NCBI GenBank assembly: GCA_016748015.1
Contig: JAAOMT010000659.1
Coordinates: 623,222 to 687,221 of the forward strand
Source: Geosiphon pyriformis uo1
Taxonomy: Eukaryota > Fungi > Glomeromycota
Direction of reading: 5' to 3'
Length of the DNA: 64,000 bases
Under the pieces are notes generated by a model, which saw nothing but the letters and a program-made list of their open reading frames with translations, did not search any database and was not told the DNA's origin. Both the position numbers and the translations under genes were made by a program. Shown here piece after piece: positions 12,361 through 25,598 of the stretch. Position 1 is the first letter of the stretch. Each line of letters begins with the position of its first letter.

Positions 12361-14950
12361 TTACTGGATAGTAAGTCTGGAGAGAGCATTGGCATTTTGA
12401 TGATTAGCTCCTTTGCAGTGTTGAATGTAATAGTCGAATTCATCCAAGTGGAGTATTCAGCGAGTTATCCATTTATGTTCCAGATTTTTTTTGTTACGTA
12501 GCCAAACCAAAGCTTGGTGATCTGTTACCACCAAAAATTTCACACTCTTAAAATATTTGTCCCAGTAGCTGGTAGCCCAAACTACTGCTAAGCATTCTTG
12601 CTCAGTGACTGAGTAGTTCCTTTCTGCTGGTGTAAGAGTTCTACTGGCATATGCTACAGCATGTTCCCTGTCATCTTCATCTTTCTGGGAAAAAACAGCA
12701 CCAAGTCCATAGCCAGATGCATCAGTATGAAGAATAAAAGGTCGATCCAGATTAGGTTGCATGAGAATGGGTTCTGTAACCAGTTTTTCCTTCAGAATTT
12801 CAAATGCTTTTTGTTGATGAGTGCTCCAGTGATAATTGATGTTTTTCCTAAGTAGCTGATTGAAAAGAGTGGCAATTTTGGAGAAATCCTTGACAAACTT
12901 GTGATAATAAGAGGCCAAACCAAGAAAAGAGCGTAGTTCATGAACTTTTTCAATTTTGGCTGGATCAGAGAAGATTCCATCTTTTGTAATAAGATGGCCA
13001 AGGAACTGGGTGGATTGACGTCCAAAGAATGATTTGATTGGATTGATCTTGAGGCCAGCATTTCTAAGGAGATCAAAAACCTTTTGCAAATGTTCAAGGT
13101 GTTTATCTCAGGTTTTTGAGTATACCATTATGTCGTCCAAGTAGACTAAGACAAAGTTTTCTTTTACTGATTCAAATACTTTGTCCATACTTGGTGATGA
13201 AGGCAGTTTTCTTTCTGCTTTCTGGATCCATCTCTACTTGCCAGAATCCAGTAGTTAAGTCAATGGTTGAGAAGAAAGCGGCACCATGAAATTGGTCTAG
13301 CATTGCATCAATCTTGGGAAGTGGGTACATGTCTCTTTCAGTAATGGCATTTAGTTGGCAATAGTCAACACAAAAGCATAAGGTTCCTCCTTTCTTGGAT
13401 ACCACTACAACTGGGAATGCCCATTCACTCTTGGTTTCCTGTATGAATCCAAGGTTTTTCATTTGGGTTATTTCTTTTTTGATAAACTCATTATTGTGCC
13501 AGTTGGATTGATAGGGCTTCAAATAGATGGGACGAGTTTCTCTGGTGATGATGGTGTGTTGTATCACATGTGTACATCCAGGGGGTTCACTTTCTTTTGA
13601 GATAACTGGGCTGTTTCTAGCCAGCAGGTTTTCAATGTCTATCTTTCTTTCTTCTGGAGAGGGTTCTCTTTGTTTTACAACCAGTGATTGGATTTCAGGT
13701 GGTTCATTTTCAAAGAACTTTTGGACTTCTTTTATTTCCTCTCGGGGTATCAAACTGATTGGTTCCCAATCTTTGTAATAGATTAGGCAGGACATGCATT
13801 CATCACTAGGAGAATACAATGGTTTGTCACACCAGCACCGAGCACAAACACCATGCCACCAATAACTGTATTTGGCTTTCTTGCCTGGCTTTCTGTCAAA
13901 GGTTCTTCTGAGCATGTCATAATAAGGCCAGCAGATCAGCTTGCCATTGACAATGATTTCTTCTTTATCTGCCTTGACATTATCTAGTGGTTTGCCATTG
14001 CTGGTGAAGATAGTATAGGCGAGTTCAGCAGTTTCTTCTTGTTCTTCTTTTTTTTTACTTTCTTCATCATCTGATTTGTCTGATTCATTTTCTGCTGGGC
14101 TTTGCTTGGGTACTGAGGGAGTTGTCCAATAGTGACACTTAACCACAATGGGTTTCTCACCACATCTGATGGTTAGTTCACAGAGTTCATAATCAAGCAA
14201 AGCTTTTGCTTTCTTAAGCCATTCATTGCCAACAATGATGGTGTATTCTTTCACTTCAGATACTTCCATATCAGTTTCAATGCTGATGCCATTGATGCGG
14301 GCAGGAATAGCTTTGGCTATGCCAAGCCCTTTTTTCTTATCACCATGCATATTGGTCATTGGTCGTGTGGATGGTTCATCAATTTTTCTACCAATTGCTT
14401 CAAGAAAGTGTTTAGCAATAACACTAACAGATGATCCACTGTCTAGGATCAAATTGATAAAGTAGCCAGCCACTTGGGCTTTGCAAATTAGAGGAGTGAC
14501 ATTGCTATTGTCAACAAGTCCAGCTTGGTGAGGGTGTTTGTTGGTTTTGGGTGTCTTTTTCTTTGGAATCAGAGATTTGTGAAGATCTTTTCTGAATTGT
14601 GGATGGGTCATCAATTGGCCAAAGGTTATATGTGCTGGGGTTTTCATGAGGTCTTTGACAACAGAATAGGGGCTGGATTTTTGTACTATTTCTGGGGGTT
14701 CCAACTTTGGAGGGTTTTTGAAAACTTTGGCTTTTGGGGGCTCATTGTTGTCAGCAGTTGATGTAGAAGTTTTATTGGGGTCCAGAACAAAATCAACTTT
14801 GGCTTTTTTCTTCTTTCTTGTGGATTCAGAGGGGTTGATTGCTAGTTCATCTATGTCATAGTCATCATCAGTTAAGTTAAAAGTGTAAAAGGGGTTTTCT
14901 TCTGGTTGGCTTGCACTCTCACCCTTTGGAGGTGTGCCTACCAGTTTAAA
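12361..14950 (-). pseudogene. pol (protease, RT, RNase H), unit 2
   Basis: ORF 13172-14704 (LILDSGSS; FSTIDLTTGFWQ) and ORF 12457-13089 (HTDASGYGLGAV). Confidence 0.9.
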
Positions 14951-16491
14951 GGCTGATAAACAGTGGCTTCAACTAGGGGATTCTCTCCAAAGAAGTTGAT
15001 GTTGGCATGATTGGGTCTTTGGTTGGGAACATTGTTGTTGTTGGGTCTGTTATTCTGGGCATCATTGTTTCTGGGAACTGGTGGAGGCAGTGGAGGATTG
15101 TTGCAATCTCTTGAAAAATGTCCAGTTAATCCACAGCAATAGCATACAGGTGGGCCATAATTTTGTTGTCTTTGATAAGGTAGTTGCTAGGACTGATTGA
15201 ACCATGGTTCAAATCTGGGTCTTTATAGTTGTTGATTTTCTCTGACTGCTTGGGCTAAAGGTTCTAATAACCAGGCAAGATTTGCTGTAAGTCTGTCTAT
15301 TAACTGTTCATTTGGATCTTGAATGTGAGTGGCAAAAGAAGTAGCAGCCATTTGAAGGGCAGGAGCCATGACAGGAGCAGGAGCAAAAACTGGTAGTGTG
15401 GATCCCAAGTGCATTCTTTGGTTATCTTCAATTCTTTGTGCTAATTCAATGGCTATATCCATGGTGGGGTTATTTTTCAGGGCCAGAAGGGGCCAAAGAG
15501 CATACGATAGATCAGTTCTCAATCCTTTTGTGAAGGAGTGAATTTTCTGCTCTTTTGTCCAATTTTTTCCAGTGTCTACTTGTTTGATTAACTTTCTGAT
15601 TGCTTTGGCATATTCGGTTACAACTTCACCAAGACCTTGGGTTCTTCTTTCCAATTCCATATGCCATTTTGATATTAATATTGGGGTTCTGAACTTGTTT
15701 TCAAACCGGGTAGTGAAAGAAGTGTTGATTTCTTCCACATTTGCTGGTGTCCAACTGATTATTCTGTTCTGGGCATTGGCATCTGTTTCTTGTGAGAACC
15801 AGGTAGCAGGAGAGCCTTGGAGGTAGCCACCAACAATTTGAAACTTGTACTTATCATCATATTGATTAGCTGTAGTGGCTCTCTCAAAATCATCCAACCA
15901 TTCAATTGGATCTTGTGCATTACCTCTAAATAGTGGTAGTGGGGTATTGTTTCTTCTTCCTAGAGCAGTTTGTATACTTTAGAGGGCAGCCAGAATGTTT
16001 GCTTGCATGGGGTCATTAGCCATTGGTTCAGGGGTAACTGTTTGTGTAGACAAGTCTGATTCGCTTGATAAAAGATCAAAAACAGGGGCAGTTTGGTAGC
16101 TTTCTTCTTCTGTTTCAAAGGGAGTTTCAGTTGCTTGATGGGCAGCAATCCAAATGTGGATTTAATGATTCAGATATTCGAAATCAGAGGACTGTTGTTC
16201 AAAGGTTGCAGAATATAAGAGCTGATTGATACTGTTGTTTCTTTCTTCAAAGTCGTTTTCAAAATAAGCTTGGTCAAAGTAATAGGTTGTATAAGCTGTA
16301 TAGGTTTCAGCTGAATGCTCGTTCAGGAACCAGTTCCAAAAGTCTTGGAATTGTCTACTGGATTGTTCTTCAAGGGGGAAGCAGATCAAGCAGGAGGGCA
16401 GAGGATTAAGTTCAATGAAACTTTGGTCGTTTCTGTTGTGTGCTGCAAAGTGTTCTTCTGATTGCTGTGGCAGATATGAGTAATCACCCAT
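14938..16491 (-). pseudogene. gag, unit 2
   Basis: ORFs 16162-16491 and 15223-15897; CYCCGLTGHFSRDC knuckle near 15100-15145. Confidence 0.9.
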
Positions 16492-16518
16492 ACAATGAGG
16501 GAATAAGTGAATTTTGAC

Positions 16519-16537
16519 AACCTCACAGGGAGCACCA
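16519..16537 (-). promoter_or_regulatory. Primer-binding site, complementary to the 3' end of elongator tRNA-Met
   Basis: TGGTGCTCCCTGTGAGGTT, 6 nt from the LTR end. Its complement AACCTCACAGGGAGCACCA resembles eukaryotic elongator tRNA-Met 3' ends. Confidence 0.7.
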
Positions 16538-16543
16538 CTTTTA

Positions 16544-17196
16544 TGTTATGGGTTGGAGTAACAAGCTAACGGATAGTAAGAGAAAACAGTATTGTATGGT
16601 GATGGAAATAAACAAAGAAGGAATTACAATAAGGGAGCAAATTGAATAAGTAGGATTCAATGTGCGTGATCAGTCTCATAAAAATCACAGTCGCTAATCT
16701 TTTCTTAAATCTGAAGGTAGAGGAATTGTCCGTGATTGTCAACAAGATAATACCACTGCTATTATTCTATGCCTCAACTTGGTGATTCTTAGAATCAATA
16801 ACAGGTATCATTGTGCTTTTCAATTATTTCTTTATTCAATGAATTACAAGAGTAAGCCAATTGCTTTTTAGGCTAATTCTAACAAATACAAATCAAGAAG
16901 AGGAAAAGATAAGGTATGTGAATACCAACAAGTAGATACTTGAAGGTAAGGAAAAGGAAATAAACAATATGAAAGGAAGTAATTGATATTGTTTTATTTT
17001 GTTACTTTGATCATGTTTTTCTACAGCTAAGGGAATCATCGCTTATATAGCTATCTAAAGTGGTCAACGACCAGGTCAACAATCAGGTCATTGATCAGGT
17101 CAATGATCACTATCTAAAAATAGGGTGGCTAATTATATGACATCAATGGCTAATACATGTGATAACTAATAAAAACTTTGGGTTTCAATCATAACA
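16544..17196 (-). repeat. LTR (subfamily a), 5' LTR of unit 2
   Basis: TGTTATGG...CATAACA termini; colinear with the other two LTRs. Confidence 0.9.
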
Positions 17197-19255
17197 CTAC
17201 CAATAGACCATTTGGGAGTGTGAACACAAGTAGTGGAGACGATACACCCTTTAGAATAGCCAAAACATTGAAAAGAACAGCTCCACATAGGAGAACAGCA
17301 GATTTTTCTCTGATAACAACTAACAGATTGGAGGAAAAGGCCAATAAAAAATACAGACACATCAGAGGATTAAGCGTAAAAGGGCTAACTGAGAAATTCA
17401 CCCAAATATCTGAGGAAAACTTACCCGAAACCACATCTGTTTGAACTGATATCTTTGTCTTGCAGCCAATGTTCAACAAAGGAGGAAATAGCAAAAAATT
17501 TTAAATGGAAGCTTAAATTAGTGAAAAAAGGGCCTCAAAGTCTCTGAGAAAAATAGATGGACCATCCAAAGTGCCTAAAGAAGACAGAGACAGAGCTGCA
17601 CAAATAGAAGCAGCTCTGAGAAAGTGCAATCCTGATATTTTGAACAGGATCAACAGAAGGAAGTCAGCATTAGAGAATGAAAAACAAATGAGCAATCCAT
17701 TCGATGCAAACAAAGATGAGCCTAATGCAGAGGATGTCACAGAAGACATGAAAGACTCTGAATTAAGCCTATCAAGCAGAATAGCTAGTCCCAGTCCAAG
17801 ACAATATAGTAGTAAATTGCTTGGCAAAAGACCCATGTCTGTGGAAGCAAACCAGGAGGAAGAATGGCGAACGGTGGTCCATGGAACCAAGAGGCATGTG
17901 CTTTTTGTACAAGTGTTAGATATACCTGAGAAAATCATGGGAAAGAAAGTGGGGTGAATTTATGATATCAGTTACCTCTTGGGAGCTGTAATGGCTAGAA
18001 ACCAAGAAATCAGAGTGGATTTTTCCCAAGTGACTGGAAGAGACCAAGCCAGAGAAATTCTGGCAAATAATAAAATTAAGTCATTTTTGATGGCTACTGA
18101 TGGTGTCAACGTCCAAATGGCTGGCCAGAAAAAAGTCCTAGTAAGAGATATCCTCTTGGGCATCTCTGACAGAAAGGTGGGGGCCACTATAAAAGAATTT
18201 GGTGAGGTCAAAAAAATCCAAATCAGAGTGGCTGGCAAATGGCAATCAGCAGTGGTTAAATATAACAACCAAGAAGAAGCAACAAGAGCTGTAGATCAAT
18301 GGTCGACCATGATCAGAAAAGATGTGGTCCAATGATAGGAACCCAAAAGATCATTGAGCAGAGAAAGACTTGGAAAGCTAAATTGGTGGGCCTACCACAG
18401 AACTGTACTGCTCACTATTTGAGCACCACCTTAGATCAAATCAGGGCTCGATCCTACTTCATCCCAAGAACTAGTAAAAATTACACAAGGATGGGCTGTG
18501 CTTATGTGAGATTTGACAGTGAAGCCAGCCGCAACAATGCCACTAAAAAACCCTTGGTAATTGGTAACACACTGGTCTACTGGGTGCCTACCGATGCTAA
18601 AAAGTGCCACTTCTGTTATCAGATAAGACATTTGGTCTCGAAATGTCCAACCCTAGGTAAGAAGAAAGAAGAAAATACCAAGAAAGTTACCAACAATATC
18701 AGGTTGGCAAAACTGTATGTTAAGAGGAACATTCCAGAGGAAAACATCAAGGCCTTTAGTGAAAGATCATATGCTGATATGGCTGCACTCAGACTGCCCC
18801 ATAACTGGAACAACAACAATCCAAACAATACTCAGAAACATGGTCCACAAGTAAACAATAGGAAAGAACAATTGAAAAAAGGGGGTAACCAACCATAGAA
18901 GAGTGAAATTGATGAACTAAAACAGCAGGTTAATGAAATGGCAAAACTGCTGAATGCAATTGCTGCCAAACTTGGAGTGACAATAGAAAAAAGTGAAAAA
19001 GTAAAAGTTACCCAACAGCCAAGTGACACCTCAGAAAAAAAAGAAGTGGTTGAAATTGGATTACCAAGCCAAAGTACTATATTGAAATCCACCCCAGCAG
19101 AAAAAAAAGAGGCATACAACCCAGAATTGGAAATTAAAGAAATCAAAAAAACTTTGGAACCCATTCTGGAGTTACTGAAGCAAGTGAAAAAACAGAGTAG
19201 CTGGAGCAGTTCTACTGCTGGAGAATCTAAATCTATGGAAACAGATAATGTGTAG
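17197..19255 (+). pseudogene. LINE ORF1 (RRM-like domains, CCHC knuckle, putative coiled coil)
   Basis: VLVRDILLG...WQSAVVKY, KAKLVGLP, CHFCYQIRHLVSKC; multiple stops. Confidence 0.8.
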
Positions 19256-22200
19256 CATATCTGATTCCAACATAGTACAGAACTACTTCAATAACAACAC
19301 TTGGAAAATTGGTACTGTTAATGTTAGGGGACTTAATAATCCTGATAAAGCTGAAGAGGTGCTATGGTGGGTTATTGAGGAACAATTTGATTTTGTGATT
19401 GTTACAGAAACTAAAATGACTTCAACAAAAGAAAAGGGTGTATTTTTTGGTTCTGATGAATATCATGCCTTCTGAGAATCAAGTACAGAGAAACAAATGG
19501 GAACTGGTGTTGGTATACTGGTCAAAAAATGTTGGATACACCATGTAGAAACAATCAGGAAGTTTCATGGGAGGTTGTTGCATTTGGGGTTGAAATTTAG
19601 AGGAAAAATCAATGTGCACATAGTAGGACTGTACATGCTTGCTTCCAAATGACCTACTGAGAGGGCAGTAGCTAAATAAATTAGGAAACTTTTGAGAGAC
19701 ATTGTACAAAACAAAAAGATTATCATAGTGATAGACAATTTGAATGAAGATCTGTCATCCAAATCACTTGAGGAAACATATGCTACAAATAAGGCCAAAG
19801 CTTGTCCAACTGTTGCGACATTACAACATATGAATTTGGTGGATACACATGGGGCATATGCAACAAACAATCCAGAAAAGACATGGGCATCAAATGGTAT
19901 ACAAAGGAGATTGGACTATGTATTTACTGATGCAGTTACAGCCTTACTGGTCACAAACATTGGGGTGATTAATGTTAACAAATCCTTTAGCACTGATCAC
20001 AAAGCTGTGGTAACAATCATCCGATCTGATAGAATCTTGGCAGGCACTAAAAAATCTAGATCTGGAAGAAAGAAGTGTAGCACAACTATGATTGATGTTA
20101 AAAAGGCATCTGGTGTCCAATGGGAAATCTATGCTAGAGAAACTGACCGATTAACAAAAAAAATCAGTAGATAACAGCAAGAATGATCTAAATCAGATGT
20201 GGCTTACAATCAAGAAGACTGTGTTATAAGCTGCTGAGTGCCTACCGAAAAGAAAAGTGGAAGCCTGATCTGCACACACAAAAAAAGAATGCATAGATCA
20301 CAAGCTTGTTAAGATTGTTGCTGATATAATCAAACAAATAAGAGTAAACAATGCAAATATGCATGATAACAATGTTATGCAGTTGTTGGCCAAATAAAAG
20401 CAGCTGAAACCGGAAGCAGTTAATGCATATCTGATGACTCTCTCAAAGGATAAGCTAATTGTGGAATTACTCAATATTAAGAAAGAATACAGATCAACAC
20501 TGTGAGCTAGGATCAGGCTACAACAGCAGAGACAAATAGTGGACAATATCATTAGGAGACAACAAAACTTTGATCTAAACAAAGGAGCTATGATCAAAAG
20601 CATCATGAACAGAAAAAGACAAAGAATTGTACTAGACCATATAATTGAAAAAGGCAAATTTCATGACAATCCTAATGAAATTAAAAAGCTAGTAAACAAA
20701 AAAGCCCAAGAATGGACCAGAACAAGAAACATTGATCCTGACCTATGGAAAAGTTGGAAACACAGATTTGAACCAATCAATAGCATTCCAGACCATGCCT
20801 TTGATGGTGTAATGAATGAATTAACAAATGAAGAATTTGAACACATATTGAGCCACACACCCCATAACAAAACTTCTGGTCCATCAGGCATTCAAGCTGA
20901 ACTTTGGAGGAAGGCTGGGTCTAATACCAAGTCTAAACTGAAAACATTGCTCAATGCTTGCATTAAAGCAGCAAACATGCCTGAGGAGTGGAGAGTAGCA
21001 CAAGTCATACTGATTCCAAAGCCAAAAAAATGGGGTGGCAATATTGACATCATCAGGCTGATCACACTCATTGAAAGCACCAGAAAAATCTTAACCAAGA
21101 TTCTAACTGCTAGAATATCAAAAGCATGTGAACTCCACAATGTTCTAAAAGGGTACAATACCTCTGTACTAAAGAATACCTTCACGGCAGTGCCTATTTA
21201 GGTGATTAATGCTGTAGCTGAACACACAAGAGAATTTGGTAAGGAGGCTTGGTTTACATTTCAGGACATAAAAAAGGCATATAATTCAGTGGGATGAAAA
21301 CCCATGGAAGCTGCACTAAAGAGAATTAAGATGAACAATAGGTTCACTGAGCTGTTTGACTTAATGCACAACAATAGAAGCAACAGAATCATAACTGAAT
21401 TTGGGTTAAGTGATGAATATCAAGTACAGAATAAACTGGATCAGGGGGAAACAACTCACCCATTATGTGGAGAATTTTCTACAACCCTTTACTGTGCAAA
21501 GTAAAACAAGCTGATTATAGCCAGGGATACAAACTGACAGCAACATAGAAAAAGTGGGATAATCAATCAGATACACAATCTCTGTTGGTGTTAGTGAATC
21601 ACCTTGCCTTCGTCAATGACACAGTGTGGATAGCTAACTCAAGACAAGGAATGCAAAGTATTTTGGACACAGCCAGCTTCTTCTTCAGAATGGTAGATAT
21701 TGAGATCAACTTAGATAAAACTGAGACAATGGTGGTCAGACCCTCTAAAGGGAGATCTTCGATGGTAGAGCCACTAAAATTTGGTCCAGACAAACAAATC
21801 TTAAAATTGTTGGATCCATTTACATGTACCCGATATTTGGGAGTATGGATCAAAGCAGATGGTAAAAATGAGACTGTTCTAAAAATGATAGGATCTGACA
21901 TTGAAGCAGTGTGTGCAGTCATCAGAAAAAAACACATAACTGAGAAACAGGCTATCTACATTTTTAATAGTGTACTCAGTCTAGCTATTGAATTCAGATC
22001 TCAGTTAACTTATATTCCTAATAGCTGGGTTAGAAAATGGACTTCAAAGATTTTGGCTACTGTGAAGAAAAAAGCAAAACTCTCAGTAGACTTCCCAGCC
22101 AGTGCCATGCACCACTCATCCTTATATAACTTGTTCAAAATTGAGAATATACAAGCAAAAAGCAAGATCACAGATTTATTAGTTAGATTGAACAGTGCTG

Positions 22201-24149
22201 ATATTGCTGGAATGGCTACAAAAACCAGACTAGCCAACTTGCAGACACAGAGATGGTTAGCTCATAGTATACTTGAATATCCCACCAATAAACAATCCAA
22301 GCCAGAGGTTAATCTTATAGCAAACATTATACAGATGATAGAAAAAAAAGACATTTCATTCAAAGACAATAGTAATACACATGGAATACCTGAATCTTCA
22401 AGACCACAGGCATATTTAATTGAGTCTATCTTACCCTCAAGGGAAACCTACATTAAAGTTAGAAGCTTACTAAGAAAGGAAAACATGTTGTACTTGCATC
22501 AGATACAGAACAAAGATGAGTCGTTGATGACATGGATGGACTTTACAAGGAAGTACAGACAAAGCAATAGTGGTAGAATTCCCAGATGGTTTAAGATTTT
22601 AGAATCTACAATCATTATGGATGAGTACAGAAACATTGATGTAGCACAATGTAAGACATTGGGTATGCACATACTGACTAACCAAATACCTGATGATTTA
22701 GAAATGATGCAAAAAGACACTATTTACATCCATATCCCTGACACTTTACTATCACAATGGAAGAGTGTACAAGGGAAGTTAAAACTCAGGAAAGAGATAG
22801 AAATATCAACAGATGGCTCACTAGTAAAAGCTGGTTCTGAGGAAGCAAAAAAAGCAGCTGCTTTCATAACACATAGGATAGAGACCAAATTTGGTATAGC
22901 AATTGATAGAACATTGTTATCAATGAAAGCAGAGACAGTGGCTGTATTGCTAGCTTTGGAAGCAGTGCCTTACAAATGTAAACTAATGATAAACACAAAT
23001 AGTCAAGCGGTAATGGCAACGGCTCAAAGATGGTTGTCCAAAGATTCTCTCCTGTCTATTAGAAATCAGCTTAAAACTTCAAACTGGCACACATAGAATG
23101 CAATCAGAGTGATAATAAAAGAAAAAAGGATTGACCTCAACATGAACAAAGTGGCTGTACATGCTAGTATATTCGAAAATAAGAAGGCTGACAAACTAGC
23201 CAAAGGATCTACTGCTCTTGATACAATAAGGTGGGCCTACAATGCTAAGGAGACTGCATACATTCCCGTTTGTGGAGGAGTTGAAGTGGATCTAAACTTC
23301 AGGCATTTTCTGAACAAACAGGCTAGTCTTCAATCAGCTTTAGACTGAATAGGCAATAACAAAATCCAAAAAATGATAGGATCTTTAGACCAAGATATAG
23401 ACTGGATATGTACAACCAAAATTTGGAACTGAGATGGTAAAATGTCATTAGGCTTCACCTCAGCTAGTTCCTCAGCAATGCACACATTTATTATGAAATT
23501 ATTTCACAACATGCTGCCAACAGCAGAGGTGCTATACAACAGACATCCTCATGTATACTTGAATAATCTTTGCAAGACATGTCACAAGAAAGTGGAAACC
23601 AACTGGCACTTTTGGGATTGCTCTTTGAATATCCATGATGTAAAGAATAAGTGGATACAGTGCCTTTCAAAGGCTGTGAGAGGGGGACGCAGAGCCCAAA
23701 ACACTGATGAGAAGATTGCACTGTCTAATGAATACATTAGGTCAATATCTAACGTAGATCTGCTATGTAAAGGACTGATCAATAAGCAATTTGGAAGGAT
23801 CAATACTTTTTCTGACATCGACTTGAGGGCTAGCAATAAAGTATTGATTAAGGTGTATAAATGGGCAGTTGCTCAAGCAAGGAATAGATTGTGAGGAGAA
23901 CGTTGCAAACTGCAAACTGAATGGGAAAAAACAATGAGTATTAATAATAGGATCAAAAAAAATCCAACTGGTGGCTCCAGAATAAATAGCATTTCAGGGA
24001 ATGGTGGTAGAGTTAGCAATGGATCCATAGTCAAAATAGGTGATGTTTCCACACAGTGTAATGATATACTGACTAATGTTTTTTGTGATAGGAGTACTAT
24101 GTGTGATAGTGTTGTACCCCATAGATTTTTAGGTTATACTAGCGTGTAG
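19248..24149 (+). pseudogene. LINE ORF2 (APE endonuclease, RT, RNase H, Cys/His domain)
   Basis: IGTVNVRGLN, ETK, RLDYVF, TDHKAV (APE); LIPKP, HLAFV(N/D)DT, YLGV (RT); STDGS, ENKKADKLAK (RNase H); CKTC...HFWDC; ends LGYTSV*. Confidence 0.92.
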
Positions 24150-24913
24150 TTAGGCGTAACCACTTAGTAGTTAGCTGCATCTTGTAATTTAGATTATTGG
24201 GTGAGTTGGCTTTATGAAAAGGTCATGCTTTGTAAGTATGGCTAACCTAATAAAAGACCAACATAGCTACATGTTAACAAAAAAAAAACCCTAGCCAAAA
24301 CCAGTAAAGAAACAAACTTATGGGACAAAATACTGCCTTCAGCTTTGTTTGCTTATAGAACTGTGAATCATGACATAACAAGTTATGAACCCTTTTATCT
24401 ACTCTATGGACAAATGGCAACCTTACCAATAGAAACTGACATTGAGACAATACCCTTTGAAGAAATAACAATAGGGAATTACAAAGACATTTTGCAAAGA
24501 AAACTTGGTACCATTCTTGACTCATTAGTAGAAGCATGGATAATTGCCTTTGAAAAAATAAAACAATTCCAAGAGAAGCTTAAGAAAAAAAAAACATATA
24601 AAACACTTTCCTTAAGTGTTGGCAACTTAGTTTTAGAATACCATTCAGACAGAAACAATGTCTATGGTGATAAATTATCTAGCTGGTGAAAAGGACTCTT
24701 TATAGTCAACAAAGTTTTGAACAATGGTTCTTATATCTTACAAGATCAATATAAAACAATTTTCAATAATTGCCCTGTTCATGGCACATGATTCAAGAAA
24801 TATCACAAACGACCTGATTGGTTGCCTGTTGTGGTAATACTGACTCAAATAATCAACAAAAATCAAGTATAAATAAACACACCATTCCCAAAACAGAGGT
24901 ATCTTCAATCAAC

Positions 24914-25570
24914 ATAAACAATTATTTTCTGGATCAAAACATTCAAAACACTTTCTATACTCTCCATGAGTATTGGATCAAAAACTATCCAAATGCTACT
25001 TTGACCATTGGAAAACAGACCACCATAACTGATAACAGTGGGATACATACTGTTATTAGACCAAAGAAAACCACTATCAGAAAAGAGAGAATTGATAGCA
25101 AAATGGATAAATATCTGTTGGAAAGTATAACAGCAGCTATACTCCTATCTTCCAACACAATTGGAAAAACACTTCAAGAAATCTTACTCATAGACAAAAA
25201 CTTGTTATATGGAAGACAATTAAAACTCTATGGTTACCTTGGTGAAATCATAGAAGATATGAAGCTCATAAAGAAAACAACTTCAAAGATACAGGCAAAA
25301 ATTTTGGGCATTATACAGTTAGATGTTCCAAGAGTTTTAACTATTGCTAAAAGAGCCAAAACTCTAATACAAAGATTTGGTCTCTTGGATACAAAACTTA
25401 TTTCGCCTCAAGTGTTATATACCTTATCCACAAAAGACTTCAACAAACTAGTTAGTTTTGAATTAGATAAAACCTTTCAAATAGATTACACCATAAATAG
25501 CTTAATTTCACTGGAGCTCAATCTCTTTGGAGAGAATGATGTTATGGTTGAAACTTATACTTCTTATTAA
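24914..25570 (+). pseudogene. Gypsy ORF4 (start ATG mutated to ATA, otherwise open)
   Basis: Part of ORF 24818-25570; homologous to 4602-5258. Confidence 0.75.
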
Positions 25571-25598
25571 TTATCACATGTATTAGCCACTAATGTCA

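Larger units (their letters stand above)
4026..17196 (-). mobile_element. Tandem dimer of Ty3/gypsy elements sharing a central LTR (LTR-int-LTR-int-LTR)
   Basis: LTRs at 4026-4632, 10311-10988 and 16544-17196. The middle LTR has a PBS on one side and a PPT/ORF4 end on the other; two gag-pol-IN units. Confidence 0.8.
17197..24288 (+). mobile_element. LINE copy 1 (RNase H-containing), 5' end cut by an LTR
   Basis: ORF1 plus ORF2, 3' tail and poly(A) 24279-24288; inserted into a gypsy integrase. Confidence 0.92.
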
